Sequence record: SRR20825019_764
Strand: one strand, 5' to 3'
Length of the DNA stretch: 44,820 bases
The first letter of the stretch is position 1, and each line of letters starts with the position of its first letter. This document shows, one piece after another, positions 37,176 through 44,820 of this stretch. The notes below the pieces were generated by a model that was given only the letters and a program-made list of their open reading frames with translations, did no database searches and was not told the origin of the DNA. The position numbers were made by a program, and so were the translations under genes.

Positions 37176-37262
37176 CCCTGAATAACCTCTTTATTCATCC
37201 CTGTTTTCCGTGCCTGCCAGCCGTTAGAATAGACACTTATTATTTTCTTAGTCTATGGCATT

Positions 37263-38210
37263 ATGAACTGGCAAAAATTAATCGAGCAACAACCTCAATC
37301 TGCCTCAATCATCGAGGGCAACAGCCTTATTCCTCTGCCGGGCCGGCAACTCATCCGGATCGCAGGCGATGAAGCCCAAAGTTTTCTGCAGAACCTGCTG
37401 ACTAATGATGTCAATGCGCTGCAGGTCAATCAATCTCAGTTAAGTGGTTTCTGTAACCCGAAAGGCCGGCTGCTGGCAGTTTTTCAGCTGGTAAGACGGC
37501 AGGATGATTATCTGATTGTGTTGCCGGCTGAACTCGCTGACGCTATCAGCCAGCGCCTCAACATGTTCAAATTACGCAGCAAAGTTGAAATTGGTCTGCT
37601 GGAAGGCAGCCATGTGTTGGGGCTGATTCATCCCCAAACCGGGCTTGGTTCAGCTGAAGCCTGGCAAGGTCACAGCATTGATGAAGGCCTGATTATTCGT
37701 CAGCCAGGTGAGACAAGCCGGTCATTACTGATCACAGAGGAAAAAAATGTTGCTGCATTAGCTGACTGGCTGAAACAGGATTGGCAACTCGTCGCTGCCT
37801 CTGTATGGCAATGTCTGGAGATTGAGGCCGGACTGCCTATGGTCTTCGCTGAAAGCAGGGAAACATTCACACCACAACAGATCAATCTCGATCTGGCAGG
37901 CGGTGTCAGCTTTAAAAAAGGCTGCTATCCCGGTCAGGAAGTCGTGGCACGTTTGCACTATCTGGGCTCCCCCAGTCGCAGACTCTTTCTGGGCCGGCTT
38001 CATGACGACACGCTGCCTGAGATCAACAGTGAGGTGACAGATGCTGATGGGGCTACGCTGGGTCATGTAGTACAAGCACAATTCAGTGCGGAAAAGACGA
38101 TTGTCTGCCAGCTCAGTATGAAACTATCTGCTATCGGCAAAACCGCCCTGGTCGGAGAGCAAAAGGTCGAATCGCTGACTCCGCTGGCCGCTGAGCCGGA
38201 CTCAGCTTAA
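37263..38210 (+). CDS. ygfZ: folate-binding Fe-S/tRNA-modification protein YgfZ
   Basis: Signature SFKKGCYPGQE. Confidence 0.95.
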   Translation: MNWQKLIEQQPQSASIIEGNSLIPLPGRQLIRIAGDEAQSFLQNLLTNDVNALQVNQSQLSGFCNPKGRLLAVFQLVRRQDDYLIVLPAELADAISQRLNMFKLRSKVEIGLLEGSHVLGLIHPQTGLGSAEAWQGHSIDEGLIIRQPGETSRSLLITEEKNVAALADWLKQDWQLVAASVWQCLEIEAGLPMVFAESRETFTPQQINLDLAGGVSFKKGCYPGQEVVARLHYLGSPSRRLFLGRLHDDTLPEINSEVTDADGATLGHVVQAQFSAEKTIVCQLSMKLSAIGKTALVGEQKVESLTPLAAEPDSA

Positions 38211-39565
38211 TCCAGCTCGAGCTTTTTCAGTTTGTAACGCAGGGCGCGGAAGGTAATACCCAACTTCTTGGCAGCAGCCGTCCTATTCCAGCGGGTCGCT
38301 TCCAACGCTTGCGTGATCAGTTGCCGCTCCTGATCCTCAAGACAGGACTCAAGATCCTGGGGCAGCGGCCCATCTGTTTCAGCTGAAAGAGATGCCTGAC
38401 TGCCTGCAACGGGCTGATGTTCAGGCAACATCAGGTCATCGATTTCAATGACATCGCTATCGGCCCAGGTCAGTGCACGTTCCAGAATATTCTCAAGCTC
38501 CCGTACATTTCCGGGAAAAGCGTAGGACAGCAGTTTTTTCATCGCCGCCTGGCTAATGACCGGTTTGCTCCGGTGGTTCTTTTTGGCCAGCAAGCCAAGA
38601 ATATGTTCCGCCAGCATCGGAATATCGGCCTGGCGCTCACGTAATGGAGGGACATTCAGCTCAATCACATTGAGCCGATAGAACAAATCTTCACGAAAAC
38701 TGCCTTCGCGCACGCATGCGGCCAGGTTTTTATGCGTTGCCGATAGTATGCGGACATCAACATTGACTTCTTCATTGCCGCCCACCGGTCTCACTGCCTT
38801 TTCCTGAATCGCACGCAGCAACTTGACCTGCATCATCAGTGGCAGATCAGCCACCTCATCCAGAAACAGGGTGCCTCCCTCAGCCGCCTGAAAAAGTCCC
38901 TCTTTATCAGCGACAGCGCCGGTAAATGCCCCTTTTCTGTGTCCGAAAAACTCGCTTTCCACCAGCTCCGCGGGAATCGCACCGCAGTTAATCGGTACAA
39001 ACGGTCCGTCAGTGCGAGCCCCCAGCTCGTGAATCAGTCGGGCCACCAGTTCTTTACCGGTGCCTGATTCGCCTGTGATATAGACGGGTGCCTGGCTTCG
39101 TGCCAGTTTAGTGATCTTGCCGCGCAGCGCACGGATGGGATCAGTATCACCGAGCAACTTGTCACGTGAGCGTCGCTCACGATGTTGTGGCCGATCCGGT
39201 GACAATTTCAGTGCTGCCTCAACCAGATCGCGCAGCATTCTGAGCTTGAGCGGCTTGGAGACAAAATCAAAGGCGCCTGATTTCAGGGCTTCTACGGCAT
39301 GATCAACATTACCGTGAGCAGTAATCACCGCAACCGGCAGTTCCGGCCACTGTTTCTGCAGTGTTTTAACAAAGTCGAGACCATTGCCGTCAGGCAGACG
39401 CATGTCGGTAAAACACAAATCGAATTTGTGCTGTTTCAGCGCCTGATGTGCCTGCGCCAGATTCTCAGCGGTGACACAGTCAATCGACATCCCGGAAAGC
39501 GTCATAGTCAGCAGTTCCAGAATATCCGGCTCATCATCAATTACGAGTGCTTGTCGATTTGTCAT
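38207..39565 (-). CDS. pilR: sigma-54-dependent response regulator PilR
   Basis: Receiver domain, GESGTGKE, GAFTGA, TRWNRTAAAKKLGITFRALRY; ATG 39565 overlaps the pilS stop. Confidence 0.9.
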   Translation of the reverse strand: MTNRQALVIDDEPDILELLTMTLSGMSIDCVTAENLAQAHQALKQHKFDLCFTDMRLPDGNGLDFVKTLQKQWPELPVAVITAHGNVDHAVEALKSGAFDFVSKPLKLRMLRDLVEAALKLSPDRPQHRERRSRDKLLGDTDPIRALRGKITKLARSQAPVYITGESGTGKELVARLIHELGARTDGPFVPINCGAIPAELVESEFFGHRKGAFTGAVADKEGLFQAAEGGTLFLDEVADLPLMMQVKLLRAIQEKAVRPVGGNEEVNVDVRILSATHKNLAACVREGSFREDLFYRLNVIELNVPPLRERQADIPMLAEHILGLLAKKNHRSKPVISQAAMKKLLSYAFPGNVRELENILERALTWADSDVIEIDDLMLPEHQPVAGSQASLSAETDGPLPQDLESCLEDQERQLITQALEATRWNRTAAAKKLGITFRALRYKLKKLELD

Positions 39566-41163
39566 GCGAGATATTCCTGCCATTCTCCCGGGAAGCTTAT
39601 ACGAAAACGACTGCTTTGCAACTCATCGGGCAGAAAGCTCAGGCGGGCACCGTTAGCCTGACAAAGTTCACGGGCCAGATACAGCCCCAGTCCGGTCCCA
39701 CCCTGACGCTGTGAATGAAACGGCTCAAACAGATGCTCCTGTACATCCTCCGAAACTCCCGGTCCATTATCACTGACATCAACGACAATTTCACCTTCAG
39801 ACTTGCTGAGACAAACGCTTACTCGCGGTAAAGATTGCTCCTGCTCCGAATAGTGCCAGGCGTTCTCCAGCAGATTCCACATAACCTGATGTAACTGTTC
39901 CGGATCCATCGCTACTTTGACCAGCGGTGATTCTACCTTTAACTCGATATCCAGTTCGGTCGCGCCTTTGAGATCGCGAAACTCACTAAGAAAGCGATCC
40001 AGCCAGGTTGCCAGTACCACCGTCGCCGGTTCCACTGTTTTACGGCGACTCATCTGCAGAATCGTCTCAATAATATTGTTCACCCGCTGACTGTGACGCT
40101 GAATAATACCGGTGAGCTTTTGCATCCCGTCATCCTGGTCTTGCTGTTCTGCCAGCAACTCACCGGCATGACTGATAGCGCCCAGTGGATTACGGATTTC
40201 GTGTGCGATACTGGCCGTCAGCCGACCCAATGAGGCGAGCTTGAGCTGTTGGGCCTGCTGCGCCATTGCCGAGGTGTTTTCGACATAAACCAGGGTTTCG
40301 CCACTGTCGAGTCGAGTCGCCGTCGCCCTGACCTCCGGCAAATCAGGCCGGGCCTGGAAAGGCTGAAACGGCTGGGGATTGTGATGCTGCCAGAGCCAGA
40401 TTTGTTCCGCCAGTACCGCTACATTCTGTTTCAGCTTAAAGCCGGGCACCGTACGTTCAATACCTAACAGATAACGTGCAGACTCGTTAAACAAAGTAAC
40501 ACTGCCATGCGCATCCAGTGCCAATACCCCGATTTGCAGGCGGCTGATGATGTGCTGATTCAATACCGCCAGGTTGGCGACATCACGCGCACGCTCTTCC
40601 GCCAACACCTGAGAAGTCTGCATTTTCTTTGACAGCCACTGTGCCAGCCAGGCAGTGACAAAGAATGTGGCACCCAGCAGTCCCGCCTGGCTGTATTTGG
40701 TGGCGCCGTCACCGGCAATTTGTGAGTAGCTGACTTCCAGCAGGATCGCCAGCGTCGCTATCGCAGCGATAAAGGCAGCCAGTCTGCCCGGCACCAGCGC
40801 ACCACCCGCAACCACCACGACCAGCAACAGCGAACCGAGTCCGGTCTGGAGCCCACCACTGGCATGTATCAGCATGGTGAGTGCAACAATATCGATGACC
40901 AGTTGCAGTTTGATCTGGGTATCGACGTAGCCCCAGCGTTTTAAGGTAAACACCAGCAGCACCAGCGCGATCAACAGATAAATCTGACTGACACTGGCAT
41001 AAAAACGTGGATCGACCGACCCCAGAAATTCGGGGGGCAGTTTCAGATAGAAAACAAAAAACAGAATGCCGGCCAGGAAAAAGCGATAGGCGGCAAAAAC
41101 AGTCAAAGCCCGCCAGGTGGCAGGGTCCTGACGTAATGTCAGTCGGGCGGAATCCGCACTCAT
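39562..41163 (-). CDS. pilS: sensor histidine kinase PilS
   Basis: Multi-TM N-terminus with SGG, LGRLTASIAHEIRNPL, GLYLARELCQANGA. Confidence 0.9.
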   Translation of the reverse strand: MSADSARLTLRQDPATWRALTVFAAYRFFLAGILFFVFYLKLPPEFLGSVDPRFYASVSQIYLLIALVLLVFTLKRWGYVDTQIKLQLVIDIVALTMLIHASGGLQTGLGSLLLVVVVAGGALVPGRLAAFIAAIATLAILLEVSYSQIAGDGATKYSQAGLLGATFFVTAWLAQWLSKKMQTSQVLAEERARDVANLAVLNQHIISRLQIGVLALDAHGSVTLFNESARYLLGIERTVPGFKLKQNVAVLAEQIWLWQHHNPQPFQPFQARPDLPEVRATATRLDSGETLVYVENTSAMAQQAQQLKLASLGRLTASIAHEIRNPLGAISHAGELLAEQQDQDDGMQKLTGIIQRHSQRVNNIIETILQMSRRKTVEPATVVLATWLDRFLSEFRDLKGATELDIELKVESPLVKVAMDPEQLHQVMWNLLENAWHYSEQEQSLPRVSVCLSKSEGEIVVDVSDNGPGVSEDVQEHLFEPFHSQRQGGTGLGLYLARELCQANGARLSFLPDELQSSRFRISFPGEWQEYLA

Positions 41164-41384
41164 CGTGACTGGCGATGGGCCTCTAGATGGTCGTGCGAGC
41201 AGAAAAACTGGTGATTGTCTTCCAGTGCTTCTGTTTCAATGATGTGCAGCCCGCAATGCTCACAACGAACCATGCTTTCGCTGCTGCCGGAAGCCGTATT
41301 GGAGGGCATTTTGCTCTTTCTGAGCAGATTTCCGATGATGATATAGAGTAAAAGCCCAATGGCCAGCAAGATCAGAATGCGCAT
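41160..41384 (-). CDS. PP0621 family small Zn-binding membrane protein
   Basis: TM helix plus MVRCEHCGLHI...FFCSHDH; usual position upstream of pilS. Confidence 0.8.
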   Translation of the reverse strand: MRILILLAIGLLLYIIIGNLLRKSKMPSNTASGSSESMVRCEHCGLHIIETEALEDNHQFFCSHDHLEAHRQSR

Positions 41385-41406
41385 CTTTCACCTCAAAAAC
41401 AGGGGA

Positions 41407-41432
41407 CACAGGAGCGAGTCATCGCTCCTGTG
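41407..41432 (-). terminator. stem-loop after typA
   Basis: CACAGGAGCGA-gtca-TCGCTCCTGTG; weak U tract. Confidence 0.5.
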
Positions 41433-41469
41433 ATTAGGATACCCTTTTTTGCCTGCCGTTTGGACCTGA

Positions 41470-43302
41470 TTAACCGCGGGAAGCGCGCTTACGCTCATGC
41501 TCCAGCAGCAGTTTCTTACGCAGGCGCAATGACTTGGGAGTGACTTCCAGCAATTCATCATCGGCGATGAATTCCAGTGCCTGTTCCAGACTCATGCGAA
41601 TCGGCGGTACCAGCGTCACCGCATCGTCATTACCCGATGCACGAACGTTGGTGAGCTGCTTACCTTTGAGCGGGTTGACCACCAGATCATTATCACGTGA
41701 GTGAATACCGATAATCATGCCTTCGTATACTTCATCACCATGGCCGACAAACATCCGCCCACGTTCCTGCAGATTGAAGATGGCGAAAGCCACGGCCTTA
41801 CCGACACCGTTCGCAATCAATACACCATTGATGCGTTTACCGTAATTACCCGGTTTCATCGGCGCGTAGTGATCAAAAACACTGTAAATGAGGCCGGTGC
41901 CCTGAGTCGCGGTCAGGAACTCGGTACGGAAACCAATCAGTCCACGCGATGGAATGATAAAGTCCAGGCGCACCCGGCCTTTACCATCCGGCACCATGTT
42001 ATTCATTTCAGCGCCACGCTCGCCCATTTTCTCCATCACGGTACCCTGATGTTCATCTTCAACATCAATCGTGACCTGTTCAAATGGTTCCTGTTTTACG
42101 CCATCAATCTCGCGAATGATCACTTCTGGACGGGATACGCCCAGTTCGAAGCCTTCACGGCGCATGTTCTCAATCAGCACCGACAAATGCAGCTCACCAC
42201 GACCTGAGACCTTGAACTTGTCCGGATCGGTCGGTGACTGTTCCACCCGCAGTGCCACATTATGAATCAATTCGCGTTCCAGACGCTCCTTGATCTGGCG
42301 GGAGGTAATGAACTTACCATCCTTACCGGCGAACGGTGAGTTATTGACCTGGAAGGTCATCGTCACGGTCGGCTCATCCACTGACAGCGGTGGCAAAGCT
42401 TCTACCGCACTCTGGTCACAGACCGTATCGGAAATATTGAGCGGATCCAGGCCTGTGAAAGCAATAATATCGCCGGCCTGCGCTGCAGGCACTTCTTCAC
42501 GTTTCAGCCCCATGAAGCCCATAACCTGCTGAATGCGACCATTACGTTTATTACCTTCGCGATCCACCACTGTCACCGGTGTATTGGTTTTTATCCGACC
42601 GCGCTGTACCCGGCCAACGCCAATAACACCGACATAGCTGTTGTAATCCAGTGAGGATACCTGCATCCGGAACGGACCGTCAGCATCGACATCAGGCGGG
42701 CTGACTTTGTCGACAATCAGTTCGAACAACGGCGTCATATCACCTTCATGGACGTTTTCATCCATATTGGCAAAACCGTTCAAACCGGAAGCATAGATGA
42801 CATCAAAGTCGAGCTGCTCGTCAGTCGCATCCAGATTTACGAACAAATCAAAAGTCTGGTCCAGCACCCAGTTGGGACGTGCAGCCGGTTTATCAATTTT
42901 GTTAATGACCACAATCGGTTTCAGTCCCAGTGCTAGGGCTTTCTGGGTCACGAAACGGGTCTGTGGCATCGGACCTTCAGCCGAATCCACCAGCAGCAGC
43001 ACCGAGTCGACCATCGACAGAACGCGTTCCACTTCGCCACCGAAGTCGGCGTGTCCCGGGGTATCGACGATATTGATGTGATAGTCGTTCCAGCGAATCG
43101 CTGTATTTTTGGAAAGAATGGTAATACCGCGCTCGCGTTCCAGATCATTAGAGTCCATCACCCGTTCGGTGAGCTCTTCATGCTCACCAAAGGTACCGGA
43201 TTGACGCAGCAACTGGTCGACCAGCGTTGTTTTACCATGGTCGACGTGAGCGATGATCGCGATATTGCGCAGCTTGGAAATGTCTTTTTGGTTATCAGTC
43301 AT
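41470..43302 (-). CDS. typA: translational GTPase TypA/BipA
   Basis: [40 protein letters not shown]. Confidence 0.97.
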   Translation of the reverse strand: MTDNQKDISKLRNIAIIAHVDHGKTTLVDQLLRQSGTFGEHEELTERVMDSNDLERERGITILSKNTAIRWNDYHINIVDTPGHADFGGEVERVLSMVDSVLLLVDSAEGPMPQTRFVTQKALALGLKPIVVINKIDKPAARPNWVLDQTFDLFVNLDATDEQLDFDVIYASGLNGFANMDENVHEGDMTPLFELIVDKVSPPDVDADGPFRMQVSSLDYNSYVGVIGVGRVQRGRIKTNTPVTVVDREGNKRNGRIQQVMGFMGLKREEVPAAQAGDIIAFTGLDPLNISDTVCDQSAVEALPPLSVDEPTVTMTFQVNNSPFAGKDGKFITSRQIKERLERELIHNVALRVEQSPTDPDKFKVSGRGELHLSVLIENMRREGFELGVSRPEVIIREIDGVKQEPFEQVTIDVEDEHQGTVMEKMGERGAEMNNMVPDGKGRVRLDFIIPSRGLIGFRTEFLTATQGTGLIYSVFDHYAPMKPGNYGKRINGVLIANGVGKAVAFAIFNLQERGRMFVGHGDEVYEGMIIGIHSRDNDLVVNPLKGKQLTNVRASGNDDAVTLVPPIRMSLEQALEFIADDELLEVTPKSLRLRKKLLLEHERKRASRG

Positions 43303-43364
43303 ATAAAGAATTCAGTAGGTGCATGCGGTGCATGCAGGTGTAAAGAAGCCCGCAAGGGTCCGAT

Positions 43365-44159
43365 TTAAATGAGTGGTTCCTGCAGGTGGGGCTTAATGGC
43401 ATCCAGCATCAGTTTGTGTACTCCGAAACCGGCGGCGATGACATTGCCTTTATCGAACAGATTGTCATTGCCGGCAAAGTCAGTCACCAGACCACCCGCC
43501 TCTTCTACCAGCAATAGACCGGCTGCCAGGTCCCAGTTTTCCAGGCCGATTTCCCAGTAGCCGTCAAGGCGGCCCGCAGCCACATAGGCTAAATCAAGTG
43601 CGGCTGAACCGGCACGGCGGATATCAGCAACCTGCTTGAACAGGGCTTCAAAGCTGGCCATGTATTTGTCGTGGTGCTGAGGATACTTAAACGGGAAGCC
43701 GGTTGCCAGCAGGGCGCCTTTTAAATCGCGCCGCTTGCTGATTCTCAGACGTCGGTCATTGAGCTTAGCGCCCTCACCTCGACTGGCGGTAAACAATTCA
43801 TCGCGCTGCGGGTCATAAATCACGGCATGCTCCACCCGGCCTTTGATGCGGACAGCGATGGACACGCAGAAATGCGGGAATCCGTGCAGAAAATTGGTGG
43901 TGCCGTCCAGCGGGTCAATGATCCAGACGGTATCACTGTCACCGGCGTTGCCGGACTCTTCCGCCATGATCGCATGGTCGGGATAGGCTTTCTTGATAAC
44001 TTTGATAATCTCTTGTTCGACCTGATGATCAACTTCAGACACGTAGTCATTACGGCCCTTTGTGGTGATTTCCAGGTGTTCAACATGTTGCAAAGATCGC
44101 ATGATCAAAGTGCCTGCATTGCGGGCAGCACGGATCGCAATATTCAGCATTGGGTGCAT
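43365..44159 (-). CDS. suhB: inositol monophosphatase / Nus factor SuhB
   Basis: MHPMLNIA, WIIDPLDGTTNF, GSAALDLAYVAAGR, WDLAAG. Confidence 0.96.
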   Translation of the reverse strand: MHPMLNIAIRAARNAGTLIMRSLQHVEHLEITTKGRNDYVSEVDHQVEQEIIKVIKKAYPDHAIMAEESGNAGDSDTVWIIDPLDGTTNFLHGFPHFCVSIAVRIKGRVEHAVIYDPQRDELFTASRGEGAKLNDRRLRISKRRDLKGALLATGFPFKYPQHHDKYMASFEALFKQVADIRRAGSAALDLAYVAAGRLDGYWEIGLENWDLAAGLLLVEEAGGLVTDFAGNDNLFDKGNVIAAGFGVHKLMLDAIKPHLQEPLI

Positions 44160-44403
44160 AAGACAAATTTTTCCAGAACGGTTTAGAAAAGACGGAATTC
44201 CCGAGCAGGAAACCGGAGCATTTCAAAAGGCGTAATTATAGCAAGTATTTAGCGGCGGGGAGACAGCTTTGCAGAAACAGTTCGCATTTTGCCTGTCTCT
44301 TGATAGACAGTGAAAATATTTCTTGCTAGCGTATGTTTTATGTTGCGAATACGCAATATAATATGCCTGCCATTTAAACTGGTACTTTTTCAAGGAGATT
44401 AAA

Positions 44404-44703
44404 ATGAAACCATTAGCAAAACTGAGTGCTGTAATCCTGCCTTTGGCTCTGTTGACCGCTTGTGCCAACACTGCCGAAATGGACGCGTTGAAAGCCTCTG
44501 TAGAATCAGCTCAATCAACTGCTGACTCTGCTCTTGCTGCTGCCCGCAATGCTCAAAGCACTGCTGACACAGCTCAACGCACTGCTACTGACGCAGAACT
44601 GGCTGCGATGAACGCCCAGAAATCTGCTGATGAAGCAATGGCTACAGTTGAAGAATGCTGCGCCAAAATTGATCGCATGTTTGAAAAAGCCATGAGCAAA
44701 TAA
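44404..44703 (+). CDS. Lpp/OprI family alanine-zipper outer membrane lipoprotein
   Basis: Lipobox LTAC (Cys20), AQSTAD-type heptads, C-terminal DRMFEKAMSK; AAGGAG RBS. Confidence 0.88.
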   Translation: MKPLAKLSAVILPLALLTACANTAEMDALKASVESAQSTADSALAAARNAQSTADTAQRTATDAELAAMNAQKSADEAMATVEECCAKIDRMFEKAMSK

Positions 44704-44722
44704 CAATATATTTGCCGCATGC

Positions 44723-44756
44723 AAAAAAGCCGGAACGCAAGTTCCGGCTTTTTTTT
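44723..44756. terminator. bidirectional intrinsic terminator
   Basis: AAAAAAGCCGGAAC-gcaa-GTTCCGGCTTTTTTTT. Confidence 0.9.
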
Positions 44757-44820
44757 GTCTGAATTTTTGTTCAGTGACTAGGGCTTGTTTATCTTTCATC
44801 TTCACCACTGCTGGAGGCTA

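Noticed and set aside
44168-44181. Possible boxA (GTTCTGGAAAA) just upstream of suhB
   Set aside because: The position fits Nus autoregulation, but there are two mismatches in the conserved TTT core of GYTCTTTAANA.
44505-44635. Short DNA repeats (gctcaa...actgct)
   Set aside because: They encode lipoprotein heptads; not a CRISPR array or VNTR.
44757-44820. Possible 3' end of a convergent gene at the window edge
   Set aside because: Too little sequence to choose a reading frame.
1-44820. CRISPR arrays, IS elements, prophage, defence systems, tRNA/rRNA
   Set aside because: No repeat-spacer pattern, transposase/integrase ORF or RNA-gene signature seen by eye; intergenic gaps are short and accounted for.

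Overview
Chromosomal window (about 50% GC by eye) from a marine gammaproteobacterium. Gene content and order resemble Methylophaga; this is inference only. From left to right: the start of an NAD-dependent formate dehydrogenase operon (fdsG-fdsB-fdsA, minus strand) with two FdsR-type operators; a candidate sigma-54 small RNA; a DmeF-like CDF transporter; a glucosylglycerate cluster (glycerate kinase/phosphatase fusion, gpgS, GH13_18 phosphorylase, galU) behind a sigma-54-type promoter; a degenerate GGDEF protein; a lexA-dinB operon with direct-repeat operators; two unannotated paralogous ~35-aa membrane peptides, one behind a perfect FNR box; alkC, rlmD, ydbL/ydbH-like and cysM; the conserved rpoE-rseABC-mucD...lepA-lepB-rnc-era-recO-pdxJ-acpS block, split by a Fur-boxed TonB receptor/two-component/MATE module; then nadB, ygfX/ygfZ (no sdhE), pilSR, typA, suhB and an elongated OprI/Lpp-like lipoprotein. 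I saw no CRISPR array, transposase, integrase, tRNA or rRNA. The most novel candidates are non-coding or tiny: the sigma-54 sRNA (2588-2679), the peptide pair (12161-12551) and the direct-repeat LexA operator. All calls come from reading the sequence; no searches were run.
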